A stretch of 64,000 nt of DNA from contig WFNO01000123.1 of the NCBI GenBank assembly GCA_015488555.1, positions 6,627 through 70,626 of the forward strand. The letters are read 5' to 3'. The notes below the pieces were generated by a model, which did not search any database, had not been told where the DNA came from, and was given only the letters and a program-made list of their open reading frames with translations. This DNA comes from Gammaproteobacteria bacterium (GTDB lineage Bacteria; Pseudomonadota; Gammaproteobacteria; SZUA-140). Positions within the stretch are counted from its first letter, which is position 1; each line of letters opens with the position of its first letter. Of the stretch, positions 32,703 to 43,378 are shown in pieces. The translations under genes were made by a program, and so were the position numbers.

Positions 32703-33317
32703 TCAATCGCGCCCCCCATCGCGCACCGGAGCGGGCGCGGCGACCTGCGTCCCGCCCGATTCGCTGCCGGTTGCATTGCTCGAGGCGGCTCCCGATGCGC
32801 TGTTGGAATCGTCACCGGATGCGTCTTTGGACGCTGGCGGTTGGATCTGGGCTGGGGCATCGCTTTGCGCCGCCTCCGGCGTGGGTTTGTTCGCCTCCCG
32901 GGTCACCGGCAGGCCGGCGTCCGTCCAGGCCAGCATGCCGCCATTGAGCTTGAAGACGGCGGGAAAACCGGCCTTGACGAGCTGGGATGCGGCCGTCGAT
33001 GCCCGCTGGCCGGTGCGGCAATACACGATGATCTTGCGTTCCCGGTATGGCTCCAGTTCGCCGAGACGGTCCGCGAACCGATCGTGGGGGATGTTGCGGG
33101 CGCCCAGCACGTGGCCGCTGGCGTATTCCTCGGCACTGCGGGTGTCCACCACCACGGGATCGTCACGGTTCATCATCTGCAGCATTTCCTGGGGCTTGAT
33201 CTCGCGAAAGCCCAGCAGCCGTTCCCGCGCCAGGTTCATGATCAGGAGACCCAGGACGATGGCCAGGGCCAGAAACAAGAGCCAGTGATCGAGGATGAAA
33301 CTGCCCAACTGATCCAT
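32703..33317 (-). CDS. Membrane-anchored rhodanese (YibN-like) with a long low-complexity C-terminal tail
   Basis: From ATG 33317: TM helix, then VVDTRSAEEYASGHVLGARNIP...VYCRTGQRASTAASQL. A ~65 aa Ser/Ala/Pro/Asp-rich tail follows. Confidence 0.85.
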   Translation of the reverse strand: MDQLGSFILDHWLLFLALAIVLGLLIMNLARERLLGFREIKPQEMLQMMNRDDPVVVDTRSAEEYASGHVLGARNIPHDRFADRLGELEPYRERKIIVYCRTGQRASTAASQLVKAGFPAVFKLNGGMLAWTDAGLPVTREANKPTPEAAQSDAPAQIQPPASKDASGDDSNSASGAASSNATGSESGGTQVAAPAPVRDGGRD

Positions 33318-33483
33318 AGAAGTGTTTGCTCCGGATTTGGAAAAACGAGTAGTGACCGCTGGCATTATACATTCGTGCCGAAAAGGATTATCATCTGCCC
33401 GCCGTCGCCGGTGGTGTCGCCGTCCCGCCCTCTCGTCTCGCGCACCCCCCGCGATGCAACCCAAGGAGTGAGTCGCAGAACCG

Positions 33484-35043
33484 ATGAACAATGGCGCAAC
33501 ATCCACACCCGCCGTCCGGCCTTTGGTGCTCGTCGTCCTGGACGGCTGGGGTTACGACGAGGATCCGCGTTGCAATGCCATCCTCGAGGCCCGCACCCCG
33601 CACTGGGACCGGTTCTGGCAGAGTTGCCCCCATGCCCTGATCCAGGGTTCCGGGCAGCAGGTGGGGCTGCCCCGCGGGCAGATGGGCAATTCCGAGGTGG
33701 GCCATCTCAACCTGGGCGCCGGGCGGGTGGTCTACCAGGAATACACGCGCATCGAAAAGGCCATCGCCGATGGGGAATTCGAGCGCAATCCGGTCTTGTG
33801 CCAGGCCGTGGATCGGGCCCGAGAGGGCGGTGGCGCCGTCCATGTCCTGGGGCTGCTTTCGCCGGGAGGGGTGCACAGCCACGAGGAGCAGATCCAGGCC
33901 ATGGTGCGCCTGGCCGCACATCGCGGCGCCCGGGTCTATGTCCATGCCTTCCTGGATGGCCGGGACACCCCACCCCAGAGCGCTGCGGCCTCGCTGCGTA
34001 GTATGGAGGCCTTGTTGCGGGAACTGTCCGCGGGTCGCATCACTTCCCTGGTGGGCCGGTACTATGCCATGGATCGCGACCAGCGCTGGGAGCGCACCCG
34101 GGCGGCCTACGAACTCCTGGTGCACGGGCAGGCGGCCCACCGGGCCGAGGATCCCCTGTCCGGCCTGGAGGCTGCCTATGCCCGCGGGGAGACGGACGAG
34201 TTCGTCGCGCCCACGCTCGTGGTCCCGCCGGGACAGGAACCGGTGGTGGTGGGTGACGGTGACGCCGTGGTGTTCATGAACTTTCGCGCCGATCGGGCAC
34301 GCCAGCTCACCCGCGCCTTCATCGAAGAGGACTTTCCGGGCTTCGAGCGCGGGCGCCGGCCCCGGCTGGCGGACTTCGTGACGCTCACGGAATACAGCAA
34401 GGATTTCGACGTGCCGGTGGCCTTCCCCGCCGTCAAGCTGCACAACGTCTTCGGCGAATACATCGCCCGCCTTGGCCTGCGCCAGTTACGCATCGCCGAG
34501 ACCGAGAAATACGCCCACGTCACCTTTTTCTTCAATGGAGGGGAAGAGACCCCATTTCCCGGCGAGGAACGGATTCTGGTGCCTTCTCCCAAGGTAGCCA
34601 CCTACGACCTGCAGCCCGAGATGAGCGCGCCGCAGGTCACGGACAGGCTGGTGGAGGCCATCGCCTCCGGGTACTTCGACGTGATCGTCTGCAACTATGC
34701 CAACCCGGACATGGTGGGGCACACCGGCAAACTGGCGGCCGCGGTGCGGGCCATCGAGACCATCGACACTTGCCTGGGACGGGTGGCGGAGGCGGTGCGC
34801 GCCGCCGGCGGGGAACTGCTGATCACCGCCGATCATGGCAATGCCGAGCAGATGTGCGAACGCGAGACGGGCAAGCCGCACACCGCGCACACCGCCAATC
34901 CCGTGCCCTTCGTCTATCTCGGACGCCCGGCCCGGGTGGCGTCCGGCGGCGCGCTTTCCGATGTCGCGCCCACCATGTTGTATCTCATGGGCCTGCCCGT
35001 GCCGGCCGAGATGGAAGGACACTCCCTGGTCGTGCTCGAATAG
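33484..35043 (+). CDS. gpmI: 2,3-bisphosphoglycerate-independent phosphoglycerate mutase
   Basis: 519 aa; [44 protein letters not shown]. Confidence 0.97.
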   Translation: MNNGATSTPAVRPLVLVVLDGWGYDEDPRCNAILEARTPHWDRFWQSCPHALIQGSGQQVGLPRGQMGNSEVGHLNLGAGRVVYQEYTRIEKAIADGEFERNPVLCQAVDRAREGGGAVHVLGLLSPGGVHSHEEQIQAMVRLAAHRGARVYVHAFLDGRDTPPQSAAASLRSMEALLRELSAGRITSLVGRYYAMDRDQRWERTRAAYELLVHGQAAHRAEDPLSGLEAAYARGETDEFVAPTLVVPPGQEPVVVGDGDAVVFMNFRADRARQLTRAFIEEDFPGFERGRRPRLADFVTLTEYSKDFDVPVAFPAVKLHNVFGEYIARLGLRQLRIAETEKYAHVTFFFNGGEETPFPGEERILVPSPKVATYDLQPEMSAPQVTDRLVEAIASGYFDVIVCNYANPDMVGHTGKLAAAVRAIETIDTCLGRVAEAVRAAGGELLITADHGNAEQMCERETGKPHTAHTANPVPFVYLGRPARVASGGALSDVAPTMLYLMGLPVPAEMEGHSLVVLE

Positions 35044-35089
35044 ACACCCGCCCTCTCGGCCCAGCGCCGTGATGTGCTAAGCTCTCGCC

Positions 35090-36364
35090 ATGGGTAAGGC
35101 GCTCGATCGGCCGCTCGTTCGCCACCGGGCGAGCGGGTGGTGCGCAGCCTTGATGTGCCTGGGCCTGCTCGGCTTGGTGCAGGCGGGCGAGGTCCGGCCG
35201 GCTGAATTGCAGTCTGGAATGCAGGCTGGAAAGCAATCAGGCGATCGAGCGGCCGACCAGGCCGAGCTGCAGCGCCTGCGCCGGCAGATCCAGGCCCTGC
35301 GCGATACGTTGAATCAAAGCCGCGGCCGCCAGCAGGCCCTGCGCCGGGAATTGCAGGAGGCCGAACAGGCCATCGGAAGTCTGAGCCGCGAGTTGAGCCG
35401 CACGCGCCGGGAGCTGTCCGCCCTCCGCGAAGAACTGCAAGACCTGCGTGCTCGCCACCAGGCGGCCCGCCGGGATCTGGAACGCCAGAAAGAACTCCTG
35501 CGCCGCCAGTTGCTGGCGGCTTACGTCATGGGCCGCCACAGCGATCTGAAGATCGTGCTCAATCAAGAGGATCCGGCCGCCATCGGCCGCGTCCTGGTCT
35601 ATTACGACTATCTCAACCGCGCCCGGGCCGAGCGCATCGACGCCGTGCGCCGGGGTCTGGCGGAGGTGGCACGCCTGGAGCAACGCATCGAAGCGGAGAG
35701 CCGGCGCCTGCAAGCCCTGGCCCAGACGCAACAGCGCCAGGTGGCCCAGCGGCGCCGGCAACACGAGCGGCGCCGCCAGGTGCTGGCCAAACTGGAAGCG
35801 CAGATCCACACCCAGGAGCAGCGCTTGGCGCGTTACCTGGAGGACGAACGCCGCCTGCGCCGTCTGGTGGAGCAGCTGGCACAGCGCTATGCGGATCAAC
35901 TTCGCGAGGCCATGACCGATACCCTTCCAGAGGCGGGCGAGGTGCAGCCCTTCGCCCGCCTCAAAGGGCGGTTGCCCTGGCCGGTGGCGGGTACCCTGCG
36001 CGCCCGCTTCGGTGAGCGCCGCCTGCGAGGCGGGCGCCTGAAATGGCAAGGGGTCTTGATCGCCGCCGAGGAAGGCACGCCGGTGCGCAGCATCCACCAC
36101 GGGCGCGTGGTCTTCGCCGATTGGTTGCGGGGATTCGGCCTGCTGCTCATCATCGATCATGGCGACGGCTACATGAGCCTCTATGGTCACAACCAGAGCC
36201 TCTACAAGAACGTGGGCGAATGGGTGGCGGCCGGTGAGATCATCGCCACGGTGGGGCGCAGCGGAGGGCGTGACGAACCCGGCCTGTATTTCGAGATCCG
36301 CCGCCAGGGCAAGCCGGCGGATCCCCTGCGCTGGTGCCGCCGGGAAGCGGCGCTATTCAAATGA
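35090..36364 (+). CDS. envC: Murein hydrolase activator EnvC (coiled coil + LytM/M23 domain)
   Basis: Signal peptide, about 230 aa of Q/R/L-rich coiled coil, C-terminal M23-like IIDHGDGYMSLYGHN...GLYFEIR. Confidence 0.88.
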   Translation: MGKALDRPLVRHRASGWCAALMCLGLLGLVQAGEVRPAELQSGMQAGKQSGDRAADQAELQRLRRQIQALRDTLNQSRGRQQALRRELQEAEQAIGSLSRELSRTRRELSALREELQDLRARHQAARRDLERQKELLRRQLLAAYVMGRHSDLKIVLNQEDPAAIGRVLVYYDYLNRARAERIDAVRRGLAEVARLEQRIEAESRRLQALAQTQQRQVAQRRRQHERRRQVLAKLEAQIHTQEQRLARYLEDERRLRRLVEQLAQRYADQLREAMTDTLPEAGEVQPFARLKGRLPWPVAGTLRARFGERRLRGGRLKWQGVLIAAEEGTPVRSIHHGRVVFADWLRGFGLLLIIDHGDGYMSLYGHNQSLYKNVGEWVAAGEIIATVGRSGGRDEPGLYFEIRRQGKPADPLRWCRREAALFK

Positions 36365-36430
36365 TTGAAGGGTTTCTGCTAAAGTAGCCATGTTTTTGGG
36401 CCGCGTGCCGGCCAGTGCAATGGAGCGTCT

Positions 36431-37747
36431 ATGAACGTCACGACACGGAATTTTCTGCTCTTGAGCCTGGGACTGATCCTGGGCGTCTCCCTCACCATCG
36501 GGCACAGCGTCTTCGCCGATCGCGAGACTGCCGGTTCACCCCTGCCCCTGAAGGAGTTGCGCATCTTTACCGAAGTGTTCGCCAATATCAAGGCCAATTA
36601 CGTCGAGCCGGTGGAGGACAAGGAACTGCTGGAGAATGCCATTCGGGGCATGTTGTCCGGCCTGGATCCCCACTCCGCCTATTTGGATGAAGAGTTGTAC
36701 AAAGAATTGCAGGTAGGGACCACGGGCGAATTCGGAGGCCTGGGCATCGAGGTGGGCATGGAGGACGGCTTCGTCAAAGTGATCGCGCCCATCGACGACA
36801 CGCCGGCCCAACGCGCCGGCATCGCCGCCGGCGATCTCATCATCCGGCTCGACGACACTCCGGTGAAAGGGTTGACCCTGCGCGAAGCGGTGGACATCAT
36901 GCGCGGGGAACCGGGTACCCAGATCACCCTGACCATCGTCCGTGAAGGCCTGGACGCGCCCTTCAAGGTCACCATCACCCGCGCCATCATCAAGGTCACC
37001 AGCGTCAAACATCGCCTGCTGGCGCCGGGCTTCGGCTATGTACGCATCACCCAATTCCAGTCCAATACGGCCGAGAACCTGCGCGAGGCCCTGGCCAAGC
37101 TCAAAAAGGAGAACGACGGCAAGCCCCTGGACGGACTGGTGCTGGATCTGCGCAACAATCCGGGCGGCGTGCTCAACGCCGCCGTGGAAGTGGCCGATGC
37201 CTTCCTGGAGAAGGGCTTGATCGTGTACACCGAAGGCAGGGCTCCGGATTCCGAGGTGCGCTTCAAGGCCACTCCCGGAGACGTGCTCGACGGCGCTCCC
37301 GTCGTCACGCTCATCAACGTGGGTTCCGCCTCGGCCTCCGAGATCGTGGCCGGAGCGCTGCAGGACCACCGGCGCGCCATCATCATGGGCAGTCGTTCCT
37401 TCGGCAAGGGCTCGGTGCAGACCGTCCTGCCCATGAAGGACGGCACGGCCTTGAAATTGACCACGGCCCGTTATTTCACCCCTTCCGGCCGTTCCATTCA
37501 GGCGGAAGGCATCGAACCGGACATCCGCCTGGCCAGGGTGGAGGTATCGCTGGTGGAGGCCGAAGACCTAGAGCCCGTCACCGAGGCCGATCTCAAGCGC
37601 CATCTGGACAACGGTGGTGCAGATGTAGGGAACGCACAAGATCCGGGCGGGGAAGAGGCCACCAGCATTCTGAAAGAGGACTACCAGCTCTACGAAGCCC
37701 TCAATCTGTTGAAGGGCTTGTATCTCCTCAAGGGCAAAGGACACTGA
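36431..37747 (+). CDS. ctpA: S41 family carboxy-terminal processing peptidase
   Basis: PDZ segment GGLGIEVGMEDGFVKVIAPIDDTPAQRAGI, catalytic GSASASEIVAGALQD...GSRSFGKGSVQ. Confidence 0.93.
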   Translation: MNVTTRNFLLLSLGLILGVSLTIGHSVFADRETAGSPLPLKELRIFTEVFANIKANYVEPVEDKELLENAIRGMLSGLDPHSAYLDEELYKELQVGTTGEFGGLGIEVGMEDGFVKVIAPIDDTPAQRAGIAAGDLIIRLDDTPVKGLTLREAVDIMRGEPGTQITLTIVREGLDAPFKVTITRAIIKVTSVKHRLLAPGFGYVRITQFQSNTAENLREALAKLKKENDGKPLDGLVLDLRNNPGGVLNAAVEVADAFLEKGLIVYTEGRAPDSEVRFKATPGDVLDGAPVVTLINVGSASASEIVAGALQDHRRAIIMGSRSFGKGSVQTVLPMKDGTALKLTTARYFTPSGRSIQAEGIEPDIRLARVEVSLVEAEDLEPVTEADLKRHLDNGGADVGNAQDPGGEEATSILKEDYQLYEALNLLKGLYLLKGKGH

Positions 37748-37959
37748 GGGTAGCGGCTGGCGGTGCCGGGGCTGACCTCGTCCGGTGCTGGTATGGCCAT
37801 CGGTATACGACGGTTTTCCAGGCTGGAATCTCCTGGAGTTGGGTTGGCACTTGGTTTTGCGTCTTGCGCAGGTCCTTGAATCGGGCGCTGCAAGCGAGTT
37901 AGCATGTCCAGTGCCGCTACCGTGCTCGGCAGGACGGACAACGACAACAACAAAGACTG

Positions 37960-38796
37960 ATGCTGCCTTATGTCATGGCCTTCTTGATGGCGGTCGTTGC
38001 CACCGGCACGGTCGCCATCGCTGCAGAATCCCGTCTGCCGTCCGAATCCAATCCGCCAGCACAGCGTCCCGCAATCGCCATCATCATCGATGACCTGGGG
38101 CTGCAACTGGGCGCTGGCGCACGGGCTGTGATGTTGCCTGCTCCCCTCACCTATGCCTTCCTGCCGCATACACCTTATGCTAGGCCACTGGCTACCCTGG
38201 CCCATCACCGCCACAAGGAGGTCATGCTTCACCTGCCCATGGAGCCCCTGGATCGCCGCCCCATGGGGGCGGGTGGTTTGCGGCCGGGCATGAGTCGCGA
38301 AGATTTCGTGCGCGTGGTTCGCCAGGGGCTGGCGAGCGTGCCCCATGTGCGGGGCATTAACAACCACATGGGCAGTCTGCTCACGCAGCAGGAACAGCCC
38401 ATGCGCTGGCTCATGGAAGAAATCGCGGATCGTCCCCTGTACTTCATCGACAGCCACACCAGCAAGGACAGCGTGGCCAGGACGGTGGCACAGGCCTATC
38501 GCATTCCCACCTTGCGCCGCCATGTCTTTCTGGACCACGAGCGCGATCCACGGGCCATTGCCCATCATTTTCAGCGCCTCCTGCGCCTCGCCCGGAGACA
38601 GGGCTTCGCCCTGGCCATCGGCCATCCCCATCCAGAGACCCTGGCCTTCCTCGAACAGGCCCTACCGCGACTGGAAGCAGAGGGTATCGACCTCCTGCCG
38701 GTGTCTCAGTTACTGCGCCGGGTCGGTGCCGACGCGAATGCCGCGCCCCTGCTCGCCCGCCGCGAGGTACAGCCGCAGAGCGCAGCCTTGCCTTAG
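37960..38796 (+). CDS. yibQ: Divergent polysaccharide deacetylase family protein (YibQ-like)
   Basis: Signal/TM segment, IAIIIDDLG, HLPMEP, NNHMGS, GHPHPETL. Conserved position after envC/ctpA. Confidence 0.85.
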   Translation: MLPYVMAFLMAVVATGTVAIAAESRLPSESNPPAQRPAIAIIIDDLGLQLGAGARAVMLPAPLTYAFLPHTPYARPLATLAHHRHKEVMLHLPMEPLDRRPMGAGGLRPGMSREDFVRVVRQGLASVPHVRGINNHMGSLLTQQEQPMRWLMEEIADRPLYFIDSHTSKDSVARTVAQAYRIPTLRRHVFLDHERDPRAIAHHFQRLLRLARRQGFALAIGHPHPETLAFLEQALPRLEAEGIDLLPVSQLLRRVGADANAAPLLARREVQPQSAALP

Positions 38797-39209
38797 CACT
38801 TTGTTGAACTTTTATTCCTGAACCTGTTTCGAAACTCAGCGCGAACCGCGTTGCGGCCTGCACCCCTCGGGACGCCAGTAAGTTCCACTCTTGATCGTCC
38901 TGCCCTAGTGGAACCTGCCGATGTGTTCTGCGCTCGGGCGTTGGTGGCTGGGATATTGCGAGGAACCGCTGACTGTTGGCTGGATGACAGCGATGGGGAA
39001 TGTGACATATTGTCGCATCACCATGACACACCTCGGACTATACCGGATAATATGATACAAGCTCTATTCAGTGGCACTGAGCGTGGCTATCTGTAGTGCT
39101 GCCCTTTATCCAAGGGCCTGGACTATTGCTTGCGCAGTGCACCTCGGTGCATTGTATTGGGAACGCTCTGGATTGCGTTTTCTTATCGTTTGTTTGAAGT
39201 CATATCTCC

Positions 39210-40496
39210 ATGATCTCGGTCTGTGATCACTACGCTCCCACGCAACACAATCTGCGCCGCATCGCCGGCTTACGTGCCATTGCGACGGTGGTAATGGTTG
39301 TGCTCATCGTGCTCACACAGGCTTGGTTGGAATTGTCTCTGCCGTTGCTGCCGCTGGCGCTGATCCTCGTCACCCAGGGTGTTTGGGCCCTGTTCACTTG
39401 GTGGCGTTCTCGACGCTTGCAACCGATTTCCGACCTCGAGTTTTTCCTGCAGCTCACCAGCGATGTTTTGATTTTCAGTGCTGTGCTCTATTTCACGGGC
39501 GGCGCTACCAATCCTTTCGCTTGGTTCTATCTACTGCCTCTGATGATTGCCGCTACCGTGTTGCCGCCGGCTTACGTGTGGGGCATGGCGGGATTGACCG
39601 TGGTTTGCTATTCCCTGTTGATGATTTTTTATGTGCCTTTGCCATCTGCCATTGGCCAATTGACCCCCATGCAACACGACAGTGGTTTTTCCCGCCACGT
39701 CTTTGGTATGTGGTTTGGTTTCGTGCTTAGTGCTGTGCTGGTGTCTCATTTCGTTACCCGCATGGCACGTACCTTACGCCAACGTGACCGGATATTGGCC
39801 GAGGCCCGGGAACAAGTCTTGCGTGACGAGCGCTTGGTAGCCCTGGGTACTTTAGCCGCTGGTGCCGCCCACGAACTGGGCACGCCGCTGGGCACCATGG
39901 CCCTGGTCATCGATGAACTTCTGGACGAGTATTCATCTGAGTGCGATGCTGAGCTGCGCGAGCAGCTCCGATTACTACGTGAGCAAGTGGACCGCAGCAA
40001 ACAGGCGCTGTCAGTGATCTCTGCATCTGCCGGGCAACAGCGAGCCGATGCAGGTCAGTCGCGTCCTGCCGATCAGTATCTGAGGGAGCTTGTCCAGCGA
40101 TGGCGCGTGAGACGACCGGGTATCGAATTTCGCGAACGTCTGGATGGACCAGAGCCAGCTCCTCCGCTGCTTGCCGATCGAGCCCTCGAACAGGCTCTGG
40201 CCAACATCCTCGACAACGCTGCCGATGCCTCGCCGGAGAAGGTCGAGCTGCGTGCTACGTGGTCGACTCAATCATTGGAGATCCAGGTCCTCGATCGCGG
40301 TCCTGGTCTCAGCGAAGGCGCTGCCAGTGCGGCGGGTAAGACTCCCTTCAGCAGCAAAGAACAGGGCCTTGGCGTCGGCTTGTTTCTCGCTCATGCTGTG
40401 ATCGAGCGTCTCGGTGGCGAGGTTATCCACCGTCAGCGCGAACACGGCGGTACCTGTACTTGTATTCGTTTGCCCCTGATTGGAGTTCGCCCATGA
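39210..40496 (+). CDS. regB: Redox-sensing histidine kinase RegB/PrrB/RoxS family
   Basis: Six TM helices containing the RegB quinone-site heptapeptide GGxxNPF (TGGATNPF). H-box AAGAAHELGTPLGTM; N and G boxes LDNAADAS and DRGPGL. Confidence 0.88.
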   Translation: MISVCDHYAPTQHNLRRIAGLRAIATVVMVVLIVLTQAWLELSLPLLPLALILVTQGVWALFTWWRSRRLQPISDLEFFLQLTSDVLIFSAVLYFTGGATNPFAWFYLLPLMIAATVLPPAYVWGMAGLTVVCYSLLMIFYVPLPSAIGQLTPMQHDSGFSRHVFGMWFGFVLSAVLVSHFVTRMARTLRQRDRILAEAREQVLRDERLVALGTLAAGAAHELGTPLGTMALVIDELLDEYSSECDAELREQLRLLREQVDRSKQALSVISASAGQQRADAGQSRPADQYLRELVQRWRVRRPGIEFRERLDGPEPAPPLLADRALEQALANILDNAADASPEKVELRATWSTQSLEIQVLDRGPGLSEGAASAAGKTPFSSKEQGLGVGLFLAHAVIERLGGEVIHRQREHGGTCTCIRLPLIGVRP

Positions 40497-41044
40497 CTAG
40501 CAACACGGATACCGTTCACCCTACCTTGCTGTTGGTGGACGATGATCTCACGTTTTGTCGCGTGTTGGGCAGAGCACTGGAGAAACGCGGTTTCGAGACA
40601 TACATCGCCACCGACCTACATGGTGCTCTGGAACTAGCCGGCGATCACAATCCAGAATACGCCGTCATCGATCTGCGCCTCGGTAACGAATCCGGTCTGG
40701 AGGTGGTCAAACAACTCAAGGCCATGGGTAGCAATGTCCGTATGGTTATTCTCACCGGTTACGCCAGCATTGCCACCGCCGTCGAGGCCATCAAGCTGGG
40801 TGCTACCCACTATCTCACCAAGCCTGCGAGTGCGGACGAAATCATCTGTGCCTTGGGGCGTGATTCCGGAGACACTGGGGTTACGCCAGCAGAGAACCCG
40901 CTGTCGATCAAGCGCCTGGAATGGGAGTACCTGCAAAAGGTGCTATTGGAGAACAACGGCAATATTTCTGCTACTGCCCGTGCGCTGGGTATGCACCGAC
41001 GAACTTTGCAACGCAAGCTGGCCAAGAAGCCCGTGCGAAGCTGA
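40493..41044 (+). CDS. regA: Response regulator RegA/PrrA/ActR/RoxR family
   Basis: REC domain LLLVDDD...VIDLRL...TKP plus the near-invariant Fis-type HTH NGNISATARALGMHRRTLQRKL. ATGA overlap with regB. Confidence 0.9.
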   Translation: MTSNTDTVHPTLLLVDDDLTFCRVLGRALEKRGFETYIATDLHGALELAGDHNPEYAVIDLRLGNESGLEVVKQLKAMGSNVRMVILTGYASIATAVEAIKLGATHYLTKPASADEIICALGRDSGDTGVTPAENPLSIKRLEWEYLQKVLLENNGNISATARALGMHRRTLQRKLAKKPVRS

Positions 41045-41286
41045 TGGGGTTGGATCGACGCCTGCCCTTTCTTCTTTGAGGATCCCCTATGCTCGATTTC
41101 CCCAAAGATCTCTCAGGGAGTGCCCAGTACCCCAAAAATTGTCGAAGCTGCTTCGTAGGATAGCCATGGTCTTGCAGTGACAGGGGGTGCAGGGCTCAAC
41201 CATCGTTTGTCTTAGTATATGGTTGCTCAGGTGCGCTCCTGTCTTTCTTGCCTTTCTGCAAGTGAGACGAGCTGGATGAGCATGCG

Positions 41287-41997
41287 TTAGAACCACCAAA
41301 TGAACGCAGTTTTCGCCGTGAAGTCCACATCGTTGTTGTAACCGGAGCCAATCCCCACGTTGATTTGCATTCCATGAATCAACTCATAGTAGAGACCTAC
41401 AATGGTCTCACCATTTGGATCATCATCGAGATTGCCAGACATCTCGATCCCTAGATTTATATGGTGACGCAGCTCTCGTTTGGCGCCTATGGAGAACCCC
41501 CATTCATGATCGGCCCCTTTGTGTTTCTCGTAGTTGATATTGCCTCCAATCAACCAGGAGTTGATCTGATAGGTTCCCAGAGCTGCCAACTTCAATTTGT
41601 CTTCAGAATCAGGATCTGAAGACATCTTGTATCGAAAGGCCAACCCTATTGCAAGCGATCGCCCTTCTGGGGTCAGGCGTACGCGGCTCCCCAGTACCGT
41701 TGCTTCGTAGTTCAACTTTTCACCTCGAACCTTTTCTGCATCAGCATTGATTTCGAGCGAAATCTGGTCATGTACGGTCCAGGACAACAACGGTTCGAAA
41801 ATATATGAACTGGTGCCCCCTTCGTGGAAATAATCCTGGCGCGTGATCAAGAAAATATCACCTGCGCTTCCTAGGCGGGCCGTTTGAACCAGCAAATAAT
41901 CGCGCCCATGATCTGACATGGCGATATTCGGTATCAATCCTAGAACTAAAACTGGTAAGAACGAAGTCATGCTAAAATGTGCTTTTTTCATCTCCAT
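41287..41997 (-). CDS. Small outer-membrane beta-barrel protein of unknown function
   Basis: Signal peptide MEMKKAHFSMTSFLPVLVLGLIPNIAMS, alternating-polarity strands, C-terminal ...TAKTAFIWWF. GC is far below the window average. Confidence 0.6.
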   Translation of the reverse strand: MEMKKAHFSMTSFLPVLVLGLIPNIAMSDHGRDYLLVQTARLGSAGDIFLITRQDYFHEGGTSSYIFEPLLSWTVHDQISLEINADAEKVRGEKLNYEATVLGSRVRLTPEGRSLAIGLAFRYKMSSDPDSEDKLKLAALGTYQINSWLIGGNINYEKHKGADHEWGFSIGAKRELRHHINLGIEMSGNLDDDPNGETIVGLYYELIHGMQINVGIGSGYNNDVDFTAKTAFIWWF

Positions 41998-42057
41998 GCT
42001 CCTGATGGATATAGACCATTCGACGAGATACACTGGCTGCGCGCCACGCAACCTGTT

Positions 42058-42205
42058 TAGCAGGTTGTTGAAATTCTACTCACGCGGCGCGACCCGGTGT
42101 TGAAAATGGCCTCGAAATTCTCATTTGCCTAGTTTGTAAACTGCGCTTTCTCGGCCATTTCTGCCTTGTCTCGCGCTCGCCTGAGCGAATTTCAACAGCC
42201 TGCTA
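42058..42205 (+). repeat. MITE-like palindromic element, copy A (148 bp)
   Basis: 19-bp terminal inverted repeats TAGCAGGTTGTTGAAATTC / GAATTTCAACAGCCTGCTA. The internal arms are also self-complementary (GAAAATGGCCTCGAAA vs TTTCTCGGCCATTTC). About 85% identical to copy B. Confidence 0.8.
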
Positions 42206-42535
42206 GGATCGATGGTCGATCGACCTGACAGTTGCAAGAAAACCATGTATGGATCCAAATGCATCGGAGATGCATGAGAACCTGTGAGACAGTATACGGT
42301 CATGGAATCTCTATTTGGATGCGACAAATTGTCGCGTGACAGTACCACGCCGTGTAGCCGTTCAGAACCCATCCTGAACATTCCTTACGGCCGTGCGCCG
42401 GCCGATTCTCGGGAGGTATCGTGGCGTAGTTTCTTTGTTGGTGTTGTATCCTACCTTCCTGTGGGGTGTAGGATTTTCCACTGGCAATTTTTTTGCCATG
42501 ATGAAATATCTGCATATCATGGGGAGGAAGGTGTC

Positions 42536-43087
42536 ATGATGGTGAAAGTGTTGATTCCCTTGGCTCAAGGTTGTGAGGAACTCGAGGCTGTGACCGTGAT
42601 CGATCTCTTGCGCCGAGCAAGAATCGAGGTGGTTACCGCTGGCCTGGACGGTGAGCCGGTACGTGCCAGCCGTGGAACGGTATTAGTCCCCGATACCACC
42701 CTCGATGCCGCCATGGAGGACGACTACGACATGGTGGTATTACCGGGTGGATTGCCCGGCGCGGATTATCTGGATCAGGATCCGCGGATCCTGGCCATCC
42801 TCAAGCGCACTGTGGCGGCGGGCCGATACGCCGCAGCCATTTGCGCTGCTCCCAAGGTGCTCGCCCATGCTGGACTTCTCAACGGGCGTCGGGCCACCAG
42901 TTATCCCGGCGTGCTGGATGCCATGAACCTGTCTGACGTGGAAGTCACCGGCGAGGCAGTGGTGGTGGACGGTAAGGTGATCACTTCACGCAGCCCTGGA
43001 ACCGCCGTGGATTTCGCCCTCACGCTCATCGAATGCCTGGTCGGGCGTAATATTCGACGAGAAGTAGAAGAGGCACTGGTTCGATGA
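42536..43087 (+). CDS. DJ-1/PfpI family protein (YajL/ThiJ-like)
   Basis: 183 aa from the ATG after GGGGAGGAAGG. MMVKVLIPLAQGCEELEAVTVIDLLRRA...AAICAAPKVLAHAGLL (nucleophile-elbow Cys) ...VITSRSPGTAVDFAL. Confidence 0.88.
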   Translation: MMVKVLIPLAQGCEELEAVTVIDLLRRARIEVVTAGLDGEPVRASRGTVLVPDTTLDAAMEDDYDMVVLPGGLPGADYLDQDPRILAILKRTVAAGRYAAAICAAPKVLAHAGLLNGRRATSYPGVLDAMNLSDVEVTGEAVVVDGKVITSRSPGTAVDFALTLIECLVGRNIRREVEEALVR

Positions 43088-43286
43088 AATGAAGGAATGG
43101 ATTCGCATGGGGACGCGGATTGTACCTGCCGGCATTTTCTTGATTCTGTCGCAGGCGCGGGGTTTCTCTACCACGTTCTCGCAAAGAGGGGTAACGAATC
43201 CTTTCAGAAGGAGGGGTATGTGGGCGGTGTTTTTTGACCCTTGTCCTTTGAGTCTATCTCCAGATTGAGGAAGAAGGAGGGAGTAT

Positions 43287-43314
43287 TTTGAACCGTGGGG
43301 TTTGTGCGGGCGAC
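43287..43314 (+). promoter_or_regulatory. Candidate ECF-sigma promoter P1
   Basis: TTTGAACCGT-N13-GCGAC. GAAC is separated by 17 nt from CGAC. All 15 specified positions and the spacing are identical to P2 at 49624-49651. Confidence 0.55.
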
Positions 43315-43378
43315 AGATGACCGAAAGCAGCCGTTTGCCAACATGAACAAGCGAATCAAGGTAAGGAAATCGAAGAGC

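Noticed and set aside
38794-38860. A fourth copy (D) of the MITE-like element after yibQ
   Set aside because: Only the first ~25 nt (TAGCACTTTGTTGAACTTTTATTC) resemble the terminus, at about 75% identity. I could not find a matching second arm. I mention it only as a possible remnant and do not annotate it.
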